From Azolla caroliniana (lineage: Eukaryota; Plantae; Polypodiophyta), in NCBI GenBank assembly GCA_043228905.1, contig JBHGNT010000011.1, positions 18,104,001-18,168,000 of the forward strand: a DNA stretch of 64,000 nucleotides, read 5' to 3'. This document shows positions 41,302-53,467 of this stretch, in pieces; within the stretch, counting starts at the first letter, position 1, and each line of letters begins with the position of its first letter. Both the position numbers and the translations under genes were made by a program. The notes beneath the pieces were generated by a model. The model made no database searches and was not told where the DNA came from. It worked only from the letters and a program-made list of their open reading frames with translations.

Positions 41302-43179
41302 CTAGAATGATACATGCTTTGTAGTAGCTTCATGTACAGCCTGAACCATACAAGCTGCACGAATGCTTGAAACTACCATGCATGGATCATTACTCTTCAA
41401 ACCGAGATGAAATATAAGATTTGCCATTCGAACGGCCCTTTTAACATCAACTTGGTTTTTACAAGCAGCCAATAAGGTCATGGCAGGAACAAAAGATGGG
41501 AGATGTATATTGTTAAGTAGCAGTTCGGCTTCGTCAAGGCAACCAGCTCTCGCGAGCAAATCAATCATACAATTATAATGGTGCTCAACTGGATTGACGT
41601 TGTATTCGTTCATTGAAGAGAACACTTCACATGCCTCACGTACAAGCCCCTCATGACTACAGGCAGAAAGAATACTCACATAGGTGATAATGTTGGGTCG
41701 CATACCATGCAGCTTTATTTGTTCAAAGAGGTGGAATGTGTTATTTACTTGCCCATGCAGGGAATAAGTGGCAATCATGGCATTCCAAGAACCTATATCA
41801 AGTACCATTGACATATTATTGAATACTTGGCGGGCCTCCTCAACATTACCACACCTGCCATACATGTTAATGAGAGCTGTTGTGATTTTGATATCATTCA
41901 TACTGCCACTTAAGTTCTTGATCCTATTAACAAGGATTTCCCCCACAAACAAGTTTGGAATATCGGCACATGCATCAAGTGCAATGATGAATGTGATCTT
42001 TGTGGGATGCAAACCTTGCTCATCCATCAAAGAGAGTAACCGAAGAGCATCCTCACTTTTATGCTTCTCTACATATGCTGCCATCATGGCAGTCCAACAA
42101 ATGGTATTGCGTTGATGTATGTCTTCAAAGCTTCTCCTAGCATTCTCAAGGCTTCCACACTTGCCATACATGTTGATCAACGTAGTTCCTACTGACACAT
42201 CCTTTTCGAACCGAGATTCCAACACGTAAACATGTAGCCTTTTGCCCCACGCTAGATCTTCAAAAGCAATGCAAGCATCGAGAGTGCTCACATATGTTAC
42301 ATTATCGACCTTTGCTCCCTGTTGCTGCATTTCAACGAAAAGACAAAGGGCCTTCTCACTTAAATCATTGTGGACACACGCAGAGATCATTGCATTCCAA
42401 GTAATAATGTTGGGTTTCCTGGATTGTGCAAATGTTGTTTGGGCATCATCTGAGCTCCAGCATTGGCCATACATAGAGATCATCGCATTTGTAACAATGG
42501 TATCAGTGTCGAGACTGTTATTAATAACAATGCTATGGATAACTCTTCCATACGAAACACATGCACACTGCCTCAGAGCATGAAGGATTGTTATTTTATC
42601 AGGTCCAACCTCTTTGTTAAGCATTTCATGGAAAGTTTGGAGTACCTTTTCCCCAAATCCATGCCGAGCATATGCTCTCATCATGAAATTGCATGTTAGA
42701 ACATTTGGTGAATCCATGGCTGAAAAGAAAGCATATGCATCATCTAAGGCACCACATTCCCCATACATTTGAATAATAAGATGACATAGGTGTGGATCAT
42801 GTTGCAAACTATGTCTTGCAATATGAAGATGAACTTTCCTACCATCATCCAATGATTTGGTATTCCCACACCATCTCAACATAGAAGCATAGACAGCAAG
42901 TTCAAATTGATCCTCGGAAGTGTCTACGTGATTCAACATCTTAGGAGGAGGGGGAAGGAGCAGTACCTCTGCAAATTCAGATTCATTGAAAGTGGTTCGT
43001 TCGCGAACAACTTTTTTTGCAAGGTCTGCAAAGATGTTGGAGTCATTGATGTCTTGATGTTGAGACCAATGGATAGATGCCCACTTCAAGTAGCCTAATG
43101 ACAGAGAACCCAATCTCCTACCTTTGTAGCGCCCAAAGGGAATTATAGTGTTGGCAGCTCCACTCTCCCTTGCTGTCAT
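41302..43179 (-). CDS. PLS-class PPR protein (E-type end, no DYW) with an N-terminal PFGxYKG-type module
   Basis: Uninterrupted 625-aa ORF. Residues ~12-57 read IIPFGRYKGRRLGSLSLGYLKWAS...FADLAKKVV, followed by PLS repeats (LIIQMYGECGALDDA, TLINMYGKCGSLENA, PNIITYVSILSACSHEGLV, HHYNCMIDLLARAGCLDEAE). Confidence 0.92.
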   Translation of the reverse strand: MTARESGAANTIIPFGRYKGRRLGSLSLGYLKWASIHWSQHQDINDSNIFADLAKKVVRERTTFNESEFAEVLLLPPPPKMLNHVDTSEDQFELAVYASMLRWCGNTKSLDDGRKVHLHIARHSLQHDPHLCHLIIQMYGECGALDDAYAFFSAMDSPNVLTCNFMMRAYARHGFGEKVLQTFHEMLNKEVGPDKITILHALRQCACVSYGRVIHSIVINNSLDTDTIVTNAMISMYGQCWSSDDAQTTFAQSRKPNIITWNAMISACVHNDLSEKALCLFVEMQQQGAKVDNVTYVSTLDACIAFEDLAWGKRLHVYVLESRFEKDVSVGTTLINMYGKCGSLENARRSFEDIHQRNTICWTAMMAAYVEKHKSEDALRLLSLMDEQGLHPTKITFIIALDACADIPNLFVGEILVNRIKNLSGSMNDIKITTALINMYGRCGNVEEARQVFNNMSMVLDIGSWNAMIATYSLHGQVNNTFHLFEQIKLHGMRPNIITYVSILSACSHEGLVREACEVFSSMNEYNVNPVEHHYNCMIDLLARAGCLDEAELLLNNIHLPSFVPAMTLLAACKNQVDVKRAVRMANLIFHLGLKSNDPCMVVSSIRAACMVQAVHEATTKHVSF

Positions 43180-43200
43180 CTCCCTCTCCCTCTCTCTCTC

Positions 43201-43520
43201 AATTTATCCCTGTTTTAGAGAGAGAGAGAGAGAACATGACACGAGACATCCCGTCTCTGTCGTCAGCCATTTCTCTCTTAATTCTAGAGGGAGCATGTGA
43301 GCTCGGACATCCTCTCTCTATTATCTGGCATTTCCGTCTGTTCTAGAGAGAGGATGTGTGAGCAACACATCCTCTCTCTACGGTCTATTCCCCTGCTCTG
43401 CCAAACTCGGGATTGCTGTGGTCGCACCTGCTCCATCCCCGTTCCAATTTTCTCTGTTGTTGTAGAGAGAGGATGTGTTCCTCGACTCTGCCCAGCCATT
43501 TCCCCTCTGTTCTGGAGGAA
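43201..43520. repeat. Degenerate ~60-bp tandem units carrying palindromic hairpins
   Basis: Perfect 16-bp inverted repeat TAGAGAGAGGATGTGT-gagca-ACACATCCTCTCTCTA at 43344-43380, with degenerate copies at about 43285-43320, 43217-43260 and 43463-43480. Confidence 0.75.
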
Positions 43521-44196
43521 CCCAGTCTTCTGGAGAGGCTTTACAGAATTCTTACCCTAGTGGTAAGTTGTTAACACTACTATATTACAGAATTCTTAGA
43601 TATATCCTCTACAGAATAAAACCAAGGTTAAGTATGTAATCTTGCTTAAATCTTAAAAAAACATAAACCATCATTCTTTCAAAGAACAAGTTATTTAGAT
43701 GGCCTTCCAAATCTGACGCATGCATTAACGTGCTCCGAATGAAGGAGCACATGTGCTCTAATCGGAAATAAGTATGCAATCTCCTAAGCTTTATCAAGCA
43801 TGGAATCATCTTCTTCTTCTTCTTCTCAAGCACATGTTCATCAATAATACTAAGTTTCGGAAAACATAACAACTTATGTACGTTGTAGAGTGAACACAAC
43901 GACGAATTGAAACGTTGGACCGAAACTTGAAGACGAGAAATTGATCACCCAACAAGAGGAATCGGCACAAACTATTTGTACTCTTTTCTCTTAAGAATAA
44001 TTGAATATCAACATGTATGTATGTATGTATGTATACGAGGAGACCCCGGAACATCTCTAAGCTTTTCTCAGGTTTTAGGGTGGAACCGGACACGAGAAGG
44101 ACAAAGAGAGAGTGGAGTGAATTCTTGCTGTGTAAATTGAGACTCTTCATCCATTTTCTTTTAATTTGCTAAAACAGAGGAAACGGAGGATTAGCC

Positions 44197-44249
<53 letters not shown>

Positions 44250-44352
44250 CAGGATTTGCCCCATCTCTTAGAGAGGGAGGGAGGTTTTGCTTCTGATTCA
44301 CACAAGCGATCCCTGTTCGTCTTCTTCGATCGATTTTGATCAGATTCTCTCC

Positions 44353-47300
44353 ATGGGAACAGAGCTTCTCGAGGATTGGTTGCAGAGATCTGCCTCTGTT
44401 CCTTCTTCCCATCCATCTCCTCCTCCCTTCAACCCTAATTCTGCTCAACTGATCGCTCAGTCCTGGAACCATCTCCGCTTCTGTGCACAGTCTGATCCTA
44501 TTTCTTCAGATTGCTTGAAATCACTCTGTTTGCTCAGAAACCATGGCCGTTCCCTTCACATTACTGGACCTCAGGCAAAAATCCTGCTTTCCATTTTAAT
44601 CTCTTCTTCTTCTTCTTCTTCTTCAGAGAAGAAGAAATCAGAAGGCACACACGAGGAGAAAAGGAGGGAGGCTGATATCAGTGGCCACTCTGCTGTGCTC
44701 CTCAGCATTTGGATTAGAAGAACATCATTGGTGTCATCAACATCGTCATCGTCATCATCACTGCTTCTCGAATCATTGCTTACTGCTCTCAAATCTCGGT
44801 CGAACATAAGCTTTTTCATCAATGAAGCAATCCTTCTTCTTGGGGCTATGTGTGTGGTTCCACATGTTAAGGAAGATTTTAGAAGAGATTGCCAATATAT
44901 GATTGTAGATATATGTGCTCGCAATCATAGAGCTATTAGAGAAGGTGTTCTTAGCTATGCCTTGTCTGGTATTGCATATGCTATGGTATCTTCGAAAGGT
45001 TCTTCATTGCTATCTCTATTGCAATCTTGTATCTCATTATGGAAAACCGATGATGGAGAGATAATGGATCATATGGATCCTCGAGTATCATTAGAAGATT
45101 CTCGGATATCTTTAGAATCATCTCGGTCATTATTCAAGCCTTCTTGGCTTCATGATTACCTCCTTCTCTTGCACATGATGGAATGGTGCGGTACTATGGT
45201 CATTTCAAGGTATGAAAATCCACCTCCATTTCATACTTTAGCTGAAGACATCATGCGAGTGGGCACCACACACAAGACAATGCCCATCAAGTGTGCCGTG
45301 GCAATGAGTGCATCTGGTCTTCTAAGGAGTTTTCATCAGCGCAAACATTCCTTATCATCAAAGAATATGGAATTGAGCTATTTGAGTTTTGTTCCCTTGT
45401 TGGAATCTTCAATCATTAGTTTGATAGATGATACCTATCAATCTCATCTGCTCAGAGTAGAAACCGATCCACTATATGAAGTCCAAGTGGAGTCTTACCC
45501 TATCATGGGATTAGGGGATAGGTATTTGTTACAGTGTGCTACATTGGCAGTGTCTCGGTGCACTAGATTTTCACCCTCTGTTTCAGTTTTACTCTGCTTG
45601 GCAACAACTCTTCTTAGAGATGCATTCCCACTATCTGATTATTATGCTGGACAGATAACTCAGGATAGAACAAGACAGGGGCTTACTGAATATGTGGAAG
45701 GCATCCTCTTCAATGAGTCAGGAACTATCTTTCGTAGCATATGCGAGCAATATCAGGCAGCAGATAAGGAATGGCAGCTTTGTGTAGAGAAACTATTTCT
45801 AGATTACTCGCATTTCGTGTATAAAAGCCATCGAGGTTTTATGGCAGACACCAAGAACAAAGATTTAGGTCATTCAGCTAACCATTTGGAGAATGATAAG
45901 CAAGCATTGCGGAAAATTCATGAAGCTGTTCTTCTATCAATTGTTTTACTTTTATCATATGCATCAAAGCAGAAAGTGGATGCCAATAGTCATATCAAAG
46001 GAAAGTTTGGTGCAGAAGTGTTGAGTTCACTTGCATGCATCGAGTTCATTCGACAAGGATTAGTACCTGAGTACAGTGAGTTAGTGCAAAAGTGTGTAGC
46101 TTGGGTGGTCTCCAGTGAAGTAACATGTGCCATGCTGAAATCCTTGATTCCTTCACTTAATGATGTTGTTTCTTCTCCAGGTTATCTCTCTTTCTGTGCT
46201 TTTTGTTGGGGTTATATAGCTTTGTGTGAGATATGATACATTATGATTTGTGTAAGCATCAGAAGGGTGCTTTAGATGTGTATTTGATTGACCCAACAAC
46301 AGGAAATCATGGTGCGATGAGCATTGATAACTATGGAAGATGCTCCTTTATTATGTGATACTAATGATTTCCTACACAATCTTGTATGCAATGCGAAGGC
46401 TGAGTTCCTAACAAATCCATAGGGGAGAGTTGGTGTGACGAGTGTATCAAAAAACCCACAACTTTGTCTGTAGCACCCCACCCGAATCCTGTATATGTGC
46501 ATACCCTTCTTCAACAATACCAAGGGCCAAGCAAAGGTTTCCTCCTGGAAGAAATGAGGTTTATGAATGTGAACCCTTGGTATATGTAGGGATTTTGTGT
46601 ACACGCTCCACTTATAAAAGTTTATGCCATCTGGCTCCCCATATTTGAGTCACATAAAAAACATGGAGTCTGGTTTTATTGAGGCTCATTGACATAGCTT
46701 TTGTATGCAAAATGGATGTAAAGCATCCAGATATCTTTCTCATCTGATTAGAGTAGCAGAAATGAGCATATTATCATTCACATATAGTAGTATAGGTATG
46801 AGCATTTTCACTTGTCATGCTCCATCTAAGATACCTCATCGGTATATAGATCAAAGAAAGTGAATGGGAGTTGTTTCATCCCAGTAGTGCTAACCTAGCC
46901 CCACTAGGAGCACAGCTCTGTCCTAACACTGGACATAGTCATATAGTGCATAAATACCTCAGTGCATATCGTCACTGATAAAGAAAGAAAGAAAGAAAGA
47001 AAGAAATGTCATATTAGCATCTCTAAAGTGGACTATGAGACCCACAAATGTTAACAATCATGATTTCATATCTCATAAAAAAATGTTGTGAGCTGAATCT
47101 AATAAGCAAATAAAAAACCTTATCATGGTACTGAATAAGACTACTAAATAAGTTGATGATACAGCATACAGCAGACAAAATATGGGGTGTAGTAATGCAC
47201 TTCCCAAACTGGCCTTATGGGTATCATCCCAAAATGACTTACATCCATCCCTGTATTGTGGTGAGTATATCCTCATCAAAGAAGCATATGGAGGGAGTCT

Positions 47301-49046
47301 CGCGAGTGGTGAATAACACTAGATTGCATCTGGCTGTAACACATGCCCCTCAAATTTCCTCCTAGGGGATGGATGGTGTAATTTGGAAATTTCCCTGGCT
47401 TGCTCCAGGGAGAATGAGAATGGTAAAAGGAAAGCTCGTTTTTTACTTACAATTTAGAAAAGGTTATTATCTTGAATTTAAAAAACAGGTTATTTTTTAT
47501 TCATAAGACTTGAGCTGAGTGGCTAGTTGGATTCAGTGTATTGTTACATGAAAGCATTCCCATAAAAGGATGAGCATGTCTACTCTTGTATTCAATCCAC
47601 CACACTTTTAGCATACGCATCAGCTTCTATTTTATGTAATCAAAGGTATAGGGTATATGTGCTAATGTTGATAATGTTCAAACCACACCTTTTACAAAAT
47701 TCTAGATCTTATAACCTCAATGAAATAAATGATGATGATCATGGACATGATCACCAGCAGCAGTGGAGGAGGGTATGACATCATTGTGGAGATTCATATT
47801 TACCTTTAGCACTGAGAGTTTGATATCTTTGGAAGTGTTTCCAGAAGTCAAAGAGTTTATCCTAAGACTTACCTTTCTTCTCTTCTTTCGCGAGCCACTT
47901 CATTTCATTGTTCTTTTAGCAGTTTATGATAATAGATTCATTTACCACTCTTGTTGCAGGTCCTTTGGAAGGATACAAATGGACAGAAGATGTTATTCAG
48001 GATGCACATGTGACATTTGGCTTCAGAGTCTTAGCAACATGCCTCGATACCTTTCCAGTTTTGAGCTTTTTGAATGATATAGCCCCTACAATGTTTTTGT
48101 ATCCTTAATCTTGAGATATGTACTTGAATTCTTGTTATCTACTGAATGTATGCTATTTATGCATCTCTTGGAAGTTCTTAACTAAGTACAGGTACATGAA
48201 ACATCCAAATGAAATTATAGCTCAAGCATCACACACATTGTTAGTGTCGTTTTTTTGCTCAAGTTCTGGGGAGAAGGATAACTCACTTGAGAATCAAAGA
48301 AATTCTGTTAAAGAGCAAGTTGCTGTACATTTTATTGAGAGAAGTTTTGAGGTCCTAAGCTGGAATGCATTTCTGTACTTTAATCTCTTAAGCCATGTGT
48401 ATTATGATGCTATTTTATATTGATTTTGCAGGAGTTTCCAGCTGCTTTTCATTATGATGCTTTCGTTAGTGGGGTGGGAGCACTTGCACGACAGTTGCCT
48501 CCGGGCAGCTCAGCAACAATGGTCTGTGTTAGCACTATCGCAAGAAAATCTAGTGAGCTTTTCAATAGTGGACCAAGTGAAGATGGTACTGATCAAAACA
48601 AAGAAAGCATTTTAGAAATTGCAAAGAAATTGCAAACACTTCTCTTGCATCTTATCTTAATAGTAGACATACAGGTATGAATATATAACATCAATCACTT
48701 CCATATACATGTCTAAAATGCTCTAAATCTAATATTTTGTTTTTTGCAGGTGCTACCTCACTTGCTGAAAGAGGTAGCAAGGTTTGTTCTTCGGTTACAA
48801 GAACCGCATAGAATAAGGGCACTTGAAGAAGCTTTTGATACTCTTGCTGGTAGTGACGATCTTACTCGCAAGCATATCCTTGTGCCATGGTTGCAGTCTC
48901 TGTCGTTCCTGTGTTCAAATTCTCAATCTAAAAGAACATTTAAAAAAAGTAAAAGTAGAAGTGACAATGCCTCTCAAAGGGATGGTGCAATAGTACTAAA
49001 TCCAAGTAGTTCACTTGTGACTGAAGCATCAAGATCTAGATTATAG
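44353..49046 (+). CDS. Conserved plant ARM/HEAT-like protein of unknown function (resembles the At1g73970 family), ending SRL
   Basis: Exons 44353-46180, 47960-48098, 48192-48351, 48432-48674 and 48750-49046 join in frame. Motifs LLEDWL..SAQLIAQSW, APTMFLYMKHPNE..ASHTL, GVGALARQLPPGS, LILIVDIQVLP and SDDLTRKHILVPWLQSLSFLCS. Confidence 0.82.
48099..48191 (+). other. U12-type (minor spliceosome) GT-AG intron
   Basis: 5' site GTATCCTT; branch point TTCTTAAC (48175-48182) lies 9 nt before the exon. Removal restores APTMFL-YMKHP. Confidence 0.85.
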
Positions 49047-49317
49047 ACACCAAGCCATTCTCCCAACAGAAAGATCTTGTGATTTTGATCTTCCGAGGAA
49101 TATATTGCTTATACAGTATTCCCCATCAAACCTACATGGTTCGCAAATCTCATTTCACAGTGTATCTAGAGAAAGCAGAGGGCTGGGTATATGGCAGTTT
49201 ATGATGAAGCCTTAACAAAGAGACCAAGAGTGATCCATGAGGACAAGGGGACGTTTATTGTTTGATGGTTCTTAAAGAGTATTCCTATGTAATGTACCTA
49301 ATAGATTGCCAAATGAA

Positions 49318-49437
49318 AGCTTCTTCAGTATGAAGCTGGAGATATGCAGCTTCTTCAGTATGAAGCTGGAGATATGCAGCTTCTTCAGTATGAAGCAGGA
49401 GATATGCAGCTTCTTCAGTATGAAGCAGGAGATATGC
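49318..49437. repeat. 30-bp minisatellite, 4 copies
   Basis: AGCTTCTTCAGTATGAAGC(T/A)GGAGATATGC repeated four times. Confidence 0.95.
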
Positions 49438-51684
49438 AGTAATTCTCTCGTTCATGATGGTGCAAATTCCATAGTGGGTAATTGTATTTACAAGCAGGTT
49501 GTGTATTATATAATACATTTCACCTTGAAAGATTGAAAGCGCTTCACATATGTCAGCCTTAAAACCATCTACACCCTGTGTATAATGCAAATAAAATTTA
49601 AATAAAAAATTTAATGCCATTCGTATAATATACTTGCAAGTTTTTCATTTATTTGAGAATGGATTATCACAATCAGCTGAGAATGGATTAGTTTCCTGTT
49701 GCAAATTAATTGTTTCAGCCTTTTGATTTCATAGATGTGTATCACTATTTGCTTTTGAGAGCCTTTCTACCAACTTCACATCTGAGATTGCCATCAATCT
49801 AGGCATAGCAAAAGCTGACTTGTGCAACTTTGCTTGGATCATTCTAGTTTTGCTACCTAGTACAAAGGTGGATAATTGCAGCCAGCATAGAATGGATTAA
49901 TATCCTATTATCAATTAATTGTTTCAGCCTTTTCATTTCATAGATTGTAGGAATTTGAGGGTATAATAACTATTTACTTTTCAGAGCCTTTTCACCAACT
50001 CCACATTTCCATCAATCATTGTTTTCGCTATGCTCTACACTAAATAAATAAATAATTGAGTAGTGAAGCAAAAGTTGTCCATTGAAAGTTTGCTTGGGTC
50101 ATTGCATGATTTGTACCACCATTGAGAATTGCACACTAAATTTCAGAGTATGGATTTCGATCTTGTTGCTATAAAGGCATACATTGTTGAAAATCATGTT
50201 TTTATTATAGTTTTCATTCTTTTGTGATCATGTGGTTGATGCATATGGTTCACATTTAAACACACGACAATATCACCAAATTACACAATGCATGCTTCAC
50301 AACGTTCCACCATTTATTATCAAAATCCCTCAAATTTAAAACATGAGATTATATAGACAATGATGGTCACATTCAAAGTCCGACAGTTGAGCTACATATC
50401 TCAACACATTAATGTGTGTTTAGGAGGAGATGGTGGAAATACTGTCCACATCTCACAATGGTTTGTTCCATTAAAAACTATTCTAGCTATAAGAGAAAAG
50501 TCAACATTTTTCAACTTCCAATAAATGTCTTTGATACAATAAAACCATATATGCCTCTAAAGCACAAATGATTTACAACATACTCAAACAACAATCACAA
50601 TGGTAGAAGAGGAAGAAGATTGAGCAGTGGATGCAACAACAGAGAATGACATTCACAAAACATACTCCCAACTGTTATTGGAAAAGGGGAGTGAGAATGG
50701 AAGAAACTCTAGAAGGGGGAGTTTCAATGGCAGAGTAAACTGTGAAACAAAGCCAGAATGTTGGCATTGCAAAGTTGGATATATGCACAACATGGACAAA
50801 AATGTAGCATATTGGGCATTACTGTTAGTTCAATGTCTTTTTTGTTAATAGCAAACATTACAACGTAAAAAAATATCCTCTTGAGCAATATTGCTGGTAC
50901 AACGTATTTTGGTTTGCTGCTCAGAATTTCAGTTTTCACTAGTACTTGACATAACCTTTCAAACCCAAGGTTCAAACATTCATTCAGTTTTCCTTTCTAG
51001 ACAAAAACAAAACTACAATATCCCAAGATCCTCTTTCATATGATTTTTTTAATTCAGTCACTAATAGCAATGCAGAGGAATGCCTGATTTGAATACCATC
51101 ACACCCTTATACTAGGGCAAGGACCCAAGTTTTTATCAAAATATTTCAAGTGACCTTTAACTCATTTTGACTCGTGAATTAACACATTTAACATAACTCT
51201 TGCTGTTGGTTATCAAAGCAGTGCAGAGTTATGTTAAATGCGTGTTTTGCTTGGAGAACAATAGATAGCAGTTACAATGGTTTCATACTCAACAAAGAAA
51301 AAATATTTTGTATTTTGCATGACTTTTGTACGAGTCCAAGCTAAAAGGTTGCCCACTTTATGTCAAATACCATTGCATATTTTACCAATCTCTATGCCAT
51401 AGGAAGAAGTATTTTGATACCAAATATTCACACATACACAGAACCTTCCTCAGAAGATGAAAATACAACATTTAAATTTCAATAAGTCATTATTCTCCTA
51501 AGGAGATAATAAGATCTTATAGCCTCATGTTTTCATGGTTCAAACTTCATTCAAGTTAAATCAAACACATCTTCATGTCTGCATGTGCATGGTTGACACT
51601 TTAGACAACAATCCACAAACAGCACCACCCATTTAGATTGTTCTATCATAGAACAGAGGCTGTGGATGGCGATAAAAAGCCCCA

Positions 51685-53240
51685 TCAGAATCTGTCATTA
51701 TCAAAATCCAAGTCTCTATTTGAGCCAGTATTACCACCTCCAAAACTGCCACCACCACCACCACCAAAACCTCCATAAGGTCGAGAAGCTGGTGCAGCCG
51801 ACGCATAGTCTACTCTAATAGCTCGACCATCAAGAACCTAGAAACAAATTTCAATAAAAAATGAGCCGAGTCTCAGATAAACATTCCAAACGTAAGATAG
51901 TTTTCCATCCTATACTTGAAATCAACTTTTTTAAATCCAATGCATAACATCCCCTCCCATCTAATACTTTTTAAATAAACATTTCAAGCAGAACATACCT
52001 TCCCAGACAATACTAAAATCAACAAGTCAATATTAGTATACCTTCCCATCCATGCCTTGGAGAGCTGCTTCTGCATCCGCTTCAGAGCCAAATGTAATGA
52101 ATCCAAATCCTTTAGATCTTCCCGTTTCACGGTCAGAGATTATTTTCACTATTTTCAGAATTGAAGGCAGTAAGGCACGCATTTACAACTTACAAACTTT
52201 TAGAATGACCATATATAATGGACCTACGTACCTACCTACCTTCATGTATATCACCATGAGCTGAAAATGCCTGTCTCAAAGAGTCCTCTTGTGTGTTAAA
52301 TGAAAGACCTATGTCAAGGATATAAGTAAATATATGCATTACTGATGCGTGCCTCAAATAGTAGAGTCTATGAGAGACCTACATCAAGAGATTAAATGAC
52401 ATCACCAAACTTGTATATATATGAAATACGTAAATTAGCAAATACACAACATACAGGTGAATGTTTCAAATAGTTGTCTATATGAAAGCCTACATTAATA
52501 GTGCGTTATTTGCATGTAATCATAATGCACGTGCACATATAAAAAACCTATATCAAGAATTGCACATAATTGTGATGCGTCACATACGAACTCAATCAAA
52601 CAGTCCAAAAATGAAACACCTAAATCAAGGTTATAAGTAGGCATATGACATACAGATGCCTGCATCAAACAGTCTTCCTATTCCAACATGCTTTTTATGT
52701 ACACACGCACATATATACACGTGTGTGTGTGTATGAAGGGACTACATCAAGTTTACTTTTCGATTGCAACAAACACAATCTAGACATAGAACCTACACGA
52801 TAACTTGAACGAACCAATCAAAAGTTCCAAATGTAGAAATAATCCATCCAAAGTATATAAAAAACTTACAGCAAGCTTAAAAGTACCGTATTGTATAAAA
52901 CACAGCAAAACCTGAACTTAAAATAACCGAACTGAAATTAGAGATATGGTTCATGGCCACTAGCTTTGCAGGCTCGATCTACTTCCATAGCTATGAACAT
53001 GAGCTCAAATTTACAGATATTTCTGTAGTTGAACCTAAACAGCAGATTATATCGATTTGTGTGTGTATGTGTGTGTGTCTCAGAGAGAGAGAGAGAGAAA
53101 GTGTGAGCCATACCTCCGATGAAGAGCTTGGAAGAGACGATGCCTCGAACTGTAGTGAATATCGTAGGGATGACAAAACTCTTCACAATGGATGATCTCT
53201 GTCGAAGGAGGGTTCCCATTCTTGTGGAATTACCGGTCAT
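51685..53240 (-). CDS. Glycine-rich RNA-binding protein (single RRM) with an organellar presequence-like N-terminus (GR-RBP2/ORRM-like)
   Basis: Exons 53240-53114, 52308-52240, 52148-52042 and 51837-51685 give MTGNSTRMGTLLRQ...[74 protein letters not shown]. RNP2 is LFIGGL and RNP1 is KGFGFITF. Confidence 0.92.
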
Positions 53241-53395
53241 CGCGTCACTGCTCTGTTCTGCTCGATAAGCCCTAAACCTCAATTAAGCTATGGAAACTAT
53301 GTTACGCATGACTGCATGGATGGACGGACGGATATATAATGTATGTGTATGTGGTGTGTATGTGTGTATGTATATATCATCATGATTCATGCATT

Positions 53396-53396
53396 A

Positions 53397-53463
<67 letters not shown>

Positions 53464-53467
53464 GTGT
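53396..53467. repeat. (TGTATG)n hexamer microsatellite
   Basis: About 12 perfect units between the divergent RRM and RING genes. Confidence 0.95.
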
